IMG/VR virus record: IMGVR_UViG_3300027741_000001
Source of the DNA: a virus
Direction: 5' to 3' (one strand)
Length of the DNA stretch: 64,000 nt
Part shown: positions 34,650 through 43,075 of the stretch, piece after piece
Layout of the letters: each line of letters opens with the position of its first letter
Position numbering within the stretch: the stretch's first letter is position 1
Translations under genes and position numbers: made by a program
Notes under the pieces: generated by a model
Databases searched by the model: none
Seen by the model: the letters and a program-made list of their open reading frames with translations, nothing else
Told to the model about the DNA's origin: nothing

Positions 34650-35348
34650 CTAGTTTACTATATAAACAGTCTCTTTGTGATGCTTAAGTTTTACTGTAGG
34701 GTCTATGTATATTTTATACCCATTTCTTCTAGCATTCATACACCAAGAGTAATCTTCTCCTACATAAGTTTCAAGTTCAGAGTTGTCCCAGCTCAAGTAC
34801 TCAACTCTAAACCAAGGACGATCCATACTTTCAAAAACTCCACTTTTCATAGTAATAAATCCGAATCCAACCCCAAAGACTTCAATTGGATCTACTTTAC
34901 CAAAAAAAGCAAACTCATGTAAATTTGTAGTAGGTCTTTCAATCCCACGAGAATAGTAGTCTTGATTGAAATTTGAAACATTAACAATGCCATCACCGGT
35001 CAGTGCAGTGATTCCAGAGATTACATCAAAATCCGATTCATATAGCTTTTTAAAATTTTCAACTTCCCACTCGATATCAGAGTCAATCCAGAAGATTTTG
35101 TCGTAAGTATATTGTTTAGATCCAACAACTCCGTATTCCGAACTTAAAGCACTGTTTTTATCAAAATCAGGCCCCCTATCCAAAGCCGTTACTTCTCTAG
35201 TTAAAGGAATAAAAGATCCACTCATTGTTAAAAACCTGTATGTCAATCCAACAGACTCTAACCATGTAATAGTTTTAATCAAGCTTTTAACATAAGAAGC
35301 GTGCATCTGCTTTCCAGGAGTTGCAATCAAAACGTTGTAGTGCTCCAT
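34650..35348 (-). CDS. GT-A fold glycosyltransferase-like protein
   Basis: VLIATP, FWIDSDI, GFGF, GEDYSWC, H.KE motifs. Confidence 0.8.
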   Translation of the reverse strand: MEHYNVLIATPGKQMHASYVKSLIKTITWLESVGLTYRFLTMSGSFIPLTREVTALDRGPDFDKNSALSSEYGVVGSKQYTYDKIFWIDSDIEWEVENFKKLYESDFDVISGITALTGDGIVNVSNFNQDYYSRGIERPTTNLHEFAFFGKVDPIEVFGVGFGFITMKSGVFESMDRPWFRVEYLSWDNSELETYVGEDYSWCMNARRNGYKIYIDPTVKLKHHKETVYIVN

Positions 35349-35360
35349 CAGATCTTCTCC

Positions 35361-35570
35361 TTACCTGTCTTCATACCATTCCGTATCCATTTTTGTTTGG
35401 CTACCAAATGACACTGCAAACATAAGTAAGGTTACAAACACAACAAACGGTTGAAAGTACCACCAGTTCCATCCAGTACCAAATGACACAATACTTGAGA
35501 TTGTCTCGTGGTATCCAAACCAGAACAAAAAGGCAATCAAAGCATCTTTATTTATTTTTCCCATGTACAT
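35361..35570 (-). CDS. Small membrane protein
   Basis: Two hydrophobic segments. Confidence 0.5.
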   Translation of the reverse strand: MYMGKINKDALIAFLFWFGYHETISSIVSFGTGWNWWYFQPFVVFVTLLMFAVSFGSQTKMDTEWYEDR

Positions 35571-35886
35571 ACGCTTCCTGAGTGAGGCCCACTCAAATCT
35601 TGATACTCAACAACACTACATTTATAGTGCTGAAACGTGTATAGTAATCCCATAATACCTATAAACACTGCCAAGGTAGTTAACATCATCTTAGCTTCAC
35701 TACTCACCGTCATGCACCTCACACATTCTTATTGCAACATCTTCCCCAGCATCTTGATACTGCTCCCAGCATGACATAGGGGCGGGCACGTTTTCCTTTT
35801 TGATTAGGAAATAGCCGTAAACTAGAGAACCAAGCATTGCAGCAAAAATTAGCATAAAGGCAGTAATTTCTTTTTTAGTTAGCTTT

Positions 35887-37060
35887 TCATTCATTAGATT
35901 CTCCTCTAATAAGTTCAACAGCCTCGCAAAAACAATAGCCAAGTTTATTATGTCCACCATCCAGAGCGCATTCACTGTTCTCTATTAGCAGGTTTATGAT
36001 GCGTGCTTCAGCATCTTCAAACCCCCAGTCATAACACTGGCGTTCAAGCTTACTCATGGTATTACGAGCAGCACTATTTGGTTTACTCATTCGTTTCCCC
36101 CTTAATAAGAGCAATTGCTTCATCTACATTAATCATTGTTGCTTCGCCATATTCAAGAGTCATTTTTTCTGACCAAAACTCTTTGAGTTCCTCTAGCAAT
36201 TTGATAATGCGTTCTTGCTCACGCTCTACAGCACGGGCTCTACCTCTTAGGGATTCATCTAATGTAATCCATTTACTCATTCGTTTCTCCTTTGATCAGA
36301 GCAATAAGCTCTTCCATTTCCATGATTCCATCAATGTAGTGCTTAGCAGTGTAAGCCTTGTGGCGATCCTTTAGCAAGTTAATAATACGCTCTTGCTCCG
36401 CAGCTTCACCTGCCTCAAAGCCAAGAGCTAATGCTCTAGCGTTGTCTTCATTCATTCGTAGATCCTTTACGTCTAGCTCTAGCAATTCTTGAACGTTCAG
36501 CATTGGCAGCACGGCAGTCTGTACATCTACAGCCCTCTTTATATTTTGCATAAATTCCATGAGCATTATCTATACGTCGTTCGTCACTAGTTTTTTTCTT
36601 GTGGCAACCATAGCACAATACCTGGCAATTAGCCAACTCTTTTTCTTGTATCTCAGAGGTACGGGACCATATGCTAGTCGGGTTCATAGTCTTTAGACTT
36701 CTGTCTATATGATCGACTTCTAAAGAATTGACTGACCCACACTTCTCACAGCGCCCGCCACGAGAAACTATGAATGCATTTCGGTTAGCTTTAAGCCACT
36801 CAACCTGATACTTACGTTGTCTATCTTTATCTTTATAAGGCATCTTTCTCAATCAGTTCTATATGTTGACGAACAGCCCTGCAATTTGCATGGGTTCGCA
36901 TTATCTTTGCTTCCCTACAGTATGCATGATTACATGTAAGGCTGTCAAGTAGTTCAATTATTCTGACACGTTCCTCACGTCGACCAACTTCTTCTCCGGC
37001 CATCCAAATGATTCTAGCTTCTTCATCATCCATTAGAGGTTCTTTTCTAAATCTTTCCAA
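35887..37060 (-). repeat. Tandem array of small paralogous genes (E.ERII.LL...ALIKGETNE) interrupted by an HNH gene
   Basis: Members at 35887..~36090, 36083..36280, 36273..~36455, 36833..~37033 share ERII.LL and L.LI(K/R)GE(T/S)NE; near-identical DNA at junctions. Confidence 0.7.
36448..36852 (-). CDS. HNH endonuclease
   Basis: CEKCGS...LEVDHID...NCQVLCYGCHKKKT plus HG..Y..GCRC..C. Confidence 0.88.
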   Translation of the reverse strand: MRKMPYKDKDRQRKYQVEWLKANRNAFIVSRGGRCEKCGSVNSLEVDHIDRSLKTMNPTSIWSRTSEIQEKELANCQVLCYGCHKKKTSDERRIDNAHGIYAKYKEGCRCTDCRAANAERSRIARARRKGSTNE

Positions 37061-37950
37061 TTCTCTACAAAAACATCCCAGGAGTATTTCTCATTGACAG
37101 TGGTGCTCTGATCACCAAAACTATGTTGACCATTCTTAATTGTAAGAATAGCCTCAGTTAGAGCTTTAGCATAAGAAGTAGCACTTAAAACATTATAAGG
37201 AACCTCAACACCATACCCTAAAGAGACTTCAGATAAAGCACCATAGCCAGAATACACAGACAGTAATCCTGCAGACATAGCTTCTACTTGAACTAGACAA
37301 AAAGCTTCTTCTACTGTAGATGGATAAGCATGGATATGGGACTCACTCATAATCTTATGGACAGTTTTCCTAGGAGTTTTCCCCCAAAAAGTGACTCTAG
37401 GATCATCTGGATAATCATCAAACATGTGCTCTAGATCTTCTGGATAGTAGTCATTAAAGATGTTCAACTCAAAGTCTTCATCTACATACTTCAAAGATTT
37501 CAATAAGAGGCCCATACCTCTAGAACTATGAGAGGCGTGTACTATTTTTACCTTCTGGACGTCGACGAACTTTTGCGGATTAAAAGCTATAGGATCAAAC
37601 GCATTAGGGATAACCACAAACCTATCCTCCGGAACCTTATTAAAGTCTTGCATCAGAGTTTTTTTATGGAATTCGGAAATACCTATAATACGCACAATAT
37701 TCTTAGATATTTCAGGGCTATTAAAAGTCTCAAGAGCCCACTTTTTTATGCTAGTAGTGTACATAGCATTATGAGCCCATATGATTATTTTCTTGTCTAG
37801 ATAGAAGTCTTTATCCCAACTTAGAACTTTCCCGGGGATAATAATGCATACATGATCCTGTAGCTTGGGAACGTTAAATGCCACCCTTTCGTGGAAATTC
37901 AGAGCCATATATTCAGTACCACCGGTAAACTGGAGGTTATACTCAAACAT
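37033..37950 (-). CDS. Glycosyltransferase, GT-B fold (family 4-like)
   Basis: GGTE, VIPNA, YPS..EEAFCL..VEAMSAG...GALSE; likely start MFEYNL. Confidence 0.85.
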   Translation of the reverse strand: MFEYNLQFTGGTEYMALNFHERVAFNVPKLQDHVCIIIPGKVLSWDKDFYLDKKIIIWAHNAMYTTSIKKWALETFNSPEISKNIVRIIGISEFHKKTLMQDFNKVPEDRFVVIPNAFDPIAFNPQKFVDVQKVKIVHASHSSRGMGLLLKSLKYVDEDFELNIFNDYYPEDLEHMFDDYPDDPRVTFWGKTPRKTVHKIMSESHIHAYPSTVEEAFCLVQVEAMSAGLLSVYSGYGALSEVSLGYGVEVPYNVLSATSYAKALTEAILTIKNGQHSFGDQSTTVNEKYSWDVFVENWKDLEKNL

Positions 37951-38106
37951 TATCTTTTTTCTTTTCTTTTGCATTGGCTCTCTTAGCCTGTTCATGTAGT
38001 CTTTTTTTCTGCATTTGACGATCAAATCTGATCTCTTTTATAAGCTTTTTGTATTCTTTGTTTGTCATATTTGTCTTCTTTTCTTCTGGACGTCGACGCT
38101 TTTTAA

Positions 38107-38454
38107 TCACTCTTCCGATACAAGCCATTGTATTAGCTCCGGGTTGTCTCGCATAACCATGATCAATGAGTTCTCCCAAACACCAATAAAGTAATGCTCC
38201 CAAGTTTCAAAATCATCTGACTTCTTAGGTTTGACAGAGTTATCAAAAACCATTCTAGCAGCATGAAGTACCTCATGCATAACAGTTACTTTCTTTTTAG
38301 TCAGGTGCATCCCGGACTCTATTACGATTAAGTTCTGAGTCTCAAGTGTGTAGCCATAGCTACCATCACTCAGCATCCCATCTTCCTTCTGAGTACGCTC
38401 AATAATCTCGAAGACTTGTACTCCGATCTTCACTGACTTAAGGACGTCGACCAT
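38107..38454 (-). CDS. Zn-metallopeptidase-like phage protein
   Basis: TVMHEVLHA HExxH; GGAGG RBS. Confidence 0.7.
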   Translation of the reverse strand: MVDVLKSVKIGVQVFEIIERTQKEDGMLSDGSYGYTLETQNLIVIESGMHLTKKKVTVMHEVLHAARMVFDNSVKPKKSDDFETWEHYFIGVWENSLIMVMRDNPELIQWLVSEE

Positions 38455-38659
38455 TTTTTACCTCCAGGTCTAGTATACAACAGGCCCTAAAATTAACTTC
38501 CCACCAAACTTCGAACAGATGTACGAATATCTATAATATAGAAGTTATATAATATAAGGTATCACTTTTGTACAGAGGCTTTTTAAACCTTGCCATGTAA
38601 ACTTAAACTTAAGTTTATACAGCTAAATCGCTTGTATCTAGAGGGTTTACACTATATCT

Positions 38660-39745
38660 ATGGAAGAAAACCTTGTACCCGAAGAACGCGATCTAGCTAA
38701 CGCTTTGCGCGTCATTGTCAAGAAGCATGGCAAGTTTAATGCTGATAACACCGGCGTTTGGGCTGGCTATGACTCTGCCGAGAAGAATGCAGAGAACGCT
38801 TCCATAGGAGTAAAGTGCGGAAACTGCGTATTCTGGAACGCTCCAAATGGTTGCGAGATCATTGCTGCTGAGACTGAAGAAGGCGGCCTATGTCGCTTCG
38901 CGGTTCTTCCAGACGGTGCTGTAACAGCAACAGCTGGATCTAAGCCAGCTCCAAAGAAAGATCAAATTAAGGGCTCAGATAAGAACAAAGAGGGCTCTGC
39001 CTCAGATGGCAAGGGCGTAACCTTTACAGCCGAGATCACTAAAGCTCTTGAAAAGAAGGTTTCTGAACATAATGAGAAGGCACCTAATGGCCGAAAGGTT
39101 ACACTAGGCAAACTTAAAGCTGTTTACAGACGAGGAGCTGGAGCTTTCTCAACTTCCCACAGAGCAGATCAAAATCGCAACTCATGGGCGATGGCTCGCG
39201 TTAACGCATTTCTAAAGCTAGTTAAGTCAGGTAAGCCTAACAACCCTAAGTACGTTCAAGACAACGATCTTCTTCCAAAGATGCATCCAAGAAGCAATGA
39301 AGCCTCTACCATTCAACCTCTACTTGCTTCTCTAGTTGCAGCTTTAGATGATAACTCTTGCCCCCCAGCTACACAGGATATTGGAGTTAATCTTGCTAAC
39401 CGAGAGAAAGCTATTGAAACTGCTGGCTATGGTCCACTAAATCCTAAAGAACCAAACAACGAGTTCTGGAAAGAGAAGGCAGATCGTTGGTCAGTTACAG
39501 TTGATGAAGCCAAAAAGAGCCGTTGCGGAACTTGCGTAATGTTTATTCGCACACCAAAGATGTTGGACTGTATTGAAGGTGGTATTGCTGCTGGAGATTC
39601 AGGATCGCAAAACGCATGGGATGCTATCGATCAAGCAGAGCTAGGTTACTGTGAGGCATTTGACTTTAAGTGTGCAGCTAGTAGAACTTGCAACGCATGG
39701 GTTGTTGGTGGACCTATTACTGAAGAAAAGTCTACTCCTCAGTAG
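38660..39745 (+). CDS. Multi-domain phage protein with two Cys clusters flanking an LKAVYRRGAGAF...WAMARVNAF domain
   Basis: CGNCVFW...C...C and CGTC...GYC..FDFKC...RTCNAW. Confidence 0.75.
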   Translation: MEENLVPEERDLANALRVIVKKHGKFNADNTGVWAGYDSAEKNAENASIGVKCGNCVFWNAPNGCEIIAAETEEGGLCRFAVLPDGAVTATAGSKPAPKKDQIKGSDKNKEGSASDGKGVTFTAEITKALEKKVSEHNEKAPNGRKVTLGKLKAVYRRGAGAFSTSHRADQNRNSWAMARVNAFLKLVKSGKPNNPKYVQDNDLLPKMHPRSNEASTIQPLLASLVAALDDNSCPPATQDIGVNLANREKAIETAGYGPLNPKEPNNEFWKEKADRWSVTVDEAKKSRCGTCVMFIRTPKMLDCIEGGIAAGDSGSQNAWDAIDQAELGYCEAFDFKCAASRTCNAWVVGGPITEEKSTPQ

Positions 39746-39920
39746 GGTCTAAAGACTTAATAAATTCAATTATGTGCTCACTTCTAAAATGATCTCTGTA
39801 CATAGTAAAGTCATCATCGAACTCTACGCCAGTTCGATTTTCTTCGATCCAGTCTAGAATCTTTTTACAGGTTTCATTGATACCATCTTTTTTACCGTAG
39901 TCATAAGCTTCAATGCCCAT
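39732..39920 (-). CDS. Hypothetical protein
   Basis: 3' part of ORF 39732..39998; start MGIEAY after GGAGG. Confidence 0.55.
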   Translation of the reverse strand: MGIEAYDYGKKDGINETCKKILDWIEENRTGVEFDDDFTMYRDHFRSEHIIEFIKSLDPTEE

Positions 39921-39950
39921 ACAGACCTCCAAGATCTTTACTAGTACTTT

Positions 39951-40140
39951 CGCAGACTGCGCTGGTCTCGAACCAACCACCATCCGAACTTCTATCATCG
40001 ATAGAAGGACATACTCCCGAAGGAGATTAGATGGGCATCCCCATTCAGCCTCACTGGAACCTCATACACCAACCATCCAGCGCGATCAAGTTTCAGTCAA
40101 AGATCCGTTTGCAACCAAATCAATAACCTCTGCTACTGCC
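39951..40140 (-). ncRNA. Unidentified structured RNA with 3' T-arm
   Basis: Multiple hairpins including CUCC-UUCG-GGAG and GUUGG-UUCGAGA-CCAGC; closing GCAGA/UCUGC. Confidence 0.55.
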
Positions 40141-40172
40141 TATTAGATTTTACCTAATATCAGGGTAGTTCT

Positions 40173-40514
40173 TTATACTATATCAAAACTCGATTGAGGT
40201 TCAAGTTTTTTCCATATTAAATTATCAATTTCTTCATTCTTAAAAAGAAGATCTAAAGCTTCCTTTTCAGGATGCGAAGCTATCAAACTATAATATTCTT
40301 TTTTAAAATCATCTGATTGATTTGCAGAAGACCTAACTGTATTGTAGGTATGATGAAAATGAAGCTGAAGATCATTAAACTTCATCCAAAGTTCTAGAGC
40401 ATACCTAACAGCATCACGCTGCGCATCAATAGATTCTGTTGAAAACTCTTTTTCTAAGAGATCTTCATCCGTAGAAATAATCTCCCAAACTCTGTGCTCA
40501 ATACTTTTACTCAT
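40173..40514 (-). CDS. Hypothetical protein (resembles RNA-ligase C-terminal helical segment)
   Basis: KKEY..LI...P....LF.......LIWKKLEP pattern; weak assignment. Confidence 0.5.
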   Translation of the reverse strand: MSKSIEHRVWEIISTDEDLLEKEFSTESIDAQRDAVRYALELWMKFNDLQLHFHHTYNTVRSSANQSDDFKKEYYSLIASHPEKEALDLLFKNEEIDNLIWKKLEPQSSFDIV

Positions 40515-40537
40515 AGAAAAATACTAACATAAAAGTT

Positions 40538-40660
40538 TGGCGGACCTAGTACTGACTTTCCACAAGTTTGGACCTTGCTTCCAGATGTTCCCACTCTTTC
40601 GAGTCGTCTCAAGTTTTCACTCTGCTGGTTGGTCTTGTGGACTCAGCAGTAAAGAGCCTA
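40538..40660 (-). ncRNA. Unidentified structured RNA ending in CCA
   Basis: UCCACAAG/CUUGUGGA and CUGA/UCAG stems, ACUC-GAAA-GAGU tetraloop. Confidence 0.45.
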
Positions 40661-40667
40661 TAGTTAT

Positions 40668-40865
40668 TTAAGAGTATAAGTAGTTTACCAGAACCACTGT
40701 CCCAACTACTATCAAGCCAAAAAGAGTAAGCCCAACTACTAGAAGTAAACAACTCTTCCATTCATTTTTCCAGCCAAGCCAACCAGTCGAATACTTCAAC
40801 TTCTCCCTATGATGTGAATCGTCTGGAATGGGGTCTGGGTAAGGATTTATGAAGCCACCAGCCAC
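40668..40865 (-). CDS. Small membrane protein
   Basis: AAGGAG RBS, GTG start, C-terminal TM. Confidence 0.6.
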   Translation of the reverse strand: MAGGFINPYPDPIPDDSHHREKLKYSTGWLGWKNEWKSCLLLVVGLTLFGLIVVGTVVLVNYLYS

Positions 40866-40887
40866 TACTTACTCCTTATCTAATCCG

Positions 40888-40959
40888 TGGACTGTGTAGA
40901 TTTGCACTACCGACTACTACTTATCGAATCGACTCGTAGCACCTTGGCTACGCCAGTCC
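40888..40959 (-). ncRNA. tRNA-like 72-nt RNA, no canonical anticodon loop
   Basis: GGACUG/CAGUCC-A acceptor-like stem; CGUAGC/GCUACG arm; GUAG-UGCAAAU-CUAC T-arm-like. Confidence 0.5.
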
Positions 40960-41017
40960 TTGGAGATTCCGTTGCCTAGGACGGGTAGACCGCTTTACGC
41001 TCCTTTGTCTACAAGCG

Positions 41018-41318
41018 TGGAGATGCGGGGAATCGAACCCCGGTCCAATTGACATTCAGTTATTCTTCTACAAGCTTAGGTTTTACCAACCACGGTATTA
41101 CAGGGCACTACGAGAGGATTTGTTCTACTTATTTAAAACCTGACTGCCCACCTAGAACTAGTGCTTTGTCAGGGGCCTAAGCGTTGCGATTAAATCACGC
41201 GGCTAGAGCGAATGCGGAAGTACGTTCAGCATTTATTGTTTTACCACACTTTAAGAATGCGTGGCCGTTTCTGCTTGCTTCACTAACATCAAGACAACTG
41301 TCGAAACCAGTCATCCCC
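41018..41318 (-). ncRNA. ssrA: tmRNA
   Basis: 5' GGGGAUGACUGGUUUCGAC, 3' CGGGGUUCGAUUCCCCGCAUCUCCA, G3-U70 pair; tag reading frame (A)AERTSAFALAA*. Confidence 0.95.
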
Positions 41319-41325
41319 TTGTTCA

Positions 41326-41460
41326 CTATTTAGTTATATTTACTAGCTTACGTTTAATCTTATCAAAGATCTTAGGACGCTTTTTAAATGCCTTACCGTT
41401 CTGTCTTCCAGAACTTTTTACTTCTGGTACCGGCTTTCCACCAGGTTTACCTTTTGCCAT
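41326..41460 (-). CDS. Small very basic protein (44 aa, not in ORF track)
   Basis: AGGAG RBS; MAKGKPGGKPVPEVKSSGRQNGKAFKKRPKIFDKIKRKLVNITK. Confidence 0.65.
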   Translation of the reverse strand: MAKGKPGGKPVPEVKSSGRQNGKAFKKRPKIFDKIKRKLVNITK

Positions 41461-41486
41461 GTCATTCTCCTATTGTCGTTACTGCG

Positions 41487-41560
41487 TTGCGGGGGCAGGA
41501 TTTGAACCTACGACCTCTAGCTTATGACGCTAGCGAGCTTCCGAGCTGCTCTACCCCGCG
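41487..41560 (-). tRNA. tRNA-Met(CAT), initiator-like; CCA not encoded
   Basis: CGCGGGG/CCCCGCA with C1:A72 mismatch, GAGC/GCUC D stem, CUAGC-GUCAUAA-GCUAG anticodon arm, GUAGG-UUCAAAU-CCUGC T arm. Confidence 0.93.
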
Positions 41561-41570
41561 GTGTATAAAA

Positions 41571-41618
41571 ATAATAACACATTTTAACTTGACATGTCAA
41601 CCAACACGTGTATATAAT
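41571..41618. promoter_or_regulatory. Divergent promoters sharing a palindromic -35 block
   Basis: TTGACATGTCAA at 41589-41600; TATAAT at 41613 (+) and TATTAT at 41576-41571 (-), both 18-nt spacers. Confidence 0.7.
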
Positions 41619-41656
41619 AATTTTATTCGATAATGAATATAAACTAAGGAAGACAA

Positions 41657-42118
41657 ATGACAGAAGAATACGCAGATCTAATGCGTCCACTATTACCCCT
41701 TGCCCGTAAAGCTTACGGATCAAGAGATACAGTTTCAGTTCAACACGATGCAAGCCGGGAATATACCCGCCTAGCTATTGAATACTATTCAAAAGGTGGA
41801 AGCCTATTGAAACTAGCAGATGCCCTAGGAGTTACATATGCTGGCCTTCGTAGAAGAATTTTAACCGACGAGATCAGACCAAAAGACAAAAGAACTCGCA
41901 GTAAAGCTACTGCAGAAGAGATTAGCTCAGCAGTCACATCTATTCTTTTTGCTAAAGGATCAGGAGATGTTGAAAACTACCACGAAACTATTAGGGTTCA
42001 GTATGAAGATAGAGGAATCTCCCTAAGTAAAATTGCTAAAGCCATGGGCCTAAGCTCTGCTAATCCACTTTATTATGCAGTAGCTAAAACAAAAATAAAA
42101 CAAAAAGAAATTATCTAA
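41657..42118 (+). CDS. Tandem HTH DNA-binding protein
   Basis: GGSLLKLADALGVTYAGLRRR and GISLSKIAKAMGLS. Confidence 0.8.
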   Translation: MTEEYADLMRPLLPLARKAYGSRDTVSVQHDASREYTRLAIEYYSKGGSLLKLADALGVTYAGLRRRILTDEIRPKDKRTRSKATAEEISSAVTSILFAKGSGDVENYHETIRVQYEDRGISLSKIAKAMGLSSANPLYYAVAKTKIKQKEII

Positions 42119-42152
42119 CAAAAAACCCCCGGCTAAACACCGGGGGCTTTTT
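42119..42152. terminator. Bidirectional intrinsic terminator
   Basis: A-tract CCCCCGG...CCGGGGG T-tract between convergent genes. Confidence 0.85.
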
Positions 42153-42158
42153 ATTTAA

Positions 42159-42422
42159 TTATTCGCCAGACTTTTTAGTCTCAGCAAGCTTAGCTTCAGC
42201 AGAGCTGGCAAAAGCGGTATTGATTTCATCATGGTCTAGAACGCCATCTACGACGTAAGCACGAGCCAAAGACTCAGCTACTTCTGCAACTCCAACAAAT
42301 GAAGCAACAAGTGCAGACTTCCAAAGTTCAATACCAGCAATGCTACCAGCAGCTAGAACGCTGCTCACCTTTAAGATGACGAGAGCAATTGTTCTCTTCA
42401 AGATAGTTAAAGCAATTTTCAT
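42159..42422 (-). CDS. Small membrane protein (holin-like)
   Basis: Two hydrophobic segments then DGVL..DEIN. Confidence 0.6.
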   Translation of the reverse strand: MKIALTILKRTIALVILKVSSVLAAGSIAGIELWKSALVASFVGVAEVAESLARAYVVDGVLDHDEINTAFASSAEAKLAETKKSGE

Positions 42423-42478
42423 GGGATCTCCCGGGATAGTAGGGGTAAATTAACCTCTCTCCCAGGCCTATATCTAGT

Positions 42479-42790
42479 TTACCTGTTTATTCGAACTGTT
42501 ATTTCTGTAATAAATTTTCCAGATCTTAAACTTTTACGGATCTCTTTTCGTTCACCCTCGGTAGTTCCACCCCAAATACCTATTTCGCTGTTTTTAACAG
42601 CATAGGTTAGACATTCAATCATGTAAGGGCAAGTTTTACAGACAGCTTTTGCCCCAGACTCATTGTAGTAACTAGCTTGTCTCCCACCCTCCCTATCCTG
42701 AGGGAAAAAAGCTTCAGGATCGGTGCTAGCGCAAGGAGGATCTCCTTCTTTAAAAAAGTTAGGATAGTCCTTAGGTATGATGTCTTCCAT
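42479..42790 (-). CDS. whiB: WhiB family transcription factor
   Basis: C...DPEAFFP...AKAVC..CP...ECL.YA...GIWGGTT..ER. Confidence 0.95.
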   Translation of the reverse strand: MEDIIPKDYPNFFKEGDPPCASTDPEAFFPQDREGGRQASYYNESGAKAVCKTCPYMIECLTYAVKNSEIGIWGGTTEGERKEIRKSLRSGKFITEITVRINR

Positions 42791-42812
42791 ATATGTCTTT
42801 TATCTTTCTGGC

Positions 42813-43016
42813 TTATCGCCAAGGTTTAGAGGTGTTATATCCACCTCCTTTAAACTGAATTGGAGGGGCGGTGAATATACGTATTAGTTTAGCATCGCAC
42901 CCCTCAAATTTGCAAATCAAGTCCTGAGGGGACGGATCATTCATACTCCGATCTTCAGAGTATCTGTGTTCTTTATTTTCTGGGTGCTCCGAGCACTTGT
43001 AGTCATAAGTAGCCAT
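42813..43016 (-). CDS. FmdB-family Zn-ribbon protein
   Basis: MATYDYKC...C...C...L.RIF..P.IQFKGGG. Confidence 0.8.
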   Translation of the reverse strand: MATYDYKCSEHPENKEHRYSEDRSMNDPSPQDLICKFEGCDAKLIRIFTAPPIQFKGGGYNTSKPWR

Positions 43017-43075
43017 AAAATAATTCTATAGCATAATAAAAAAGCCGTCCCGAAGGACGGCCTCTCTATTTAAGA

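Noticed and set aside
41261-41753. ORFs 41261..41527, 41388..41633 and 41517..41753
   Set aside because: They overlap the tRNA and/or tmRNA genes and the divergent promoter
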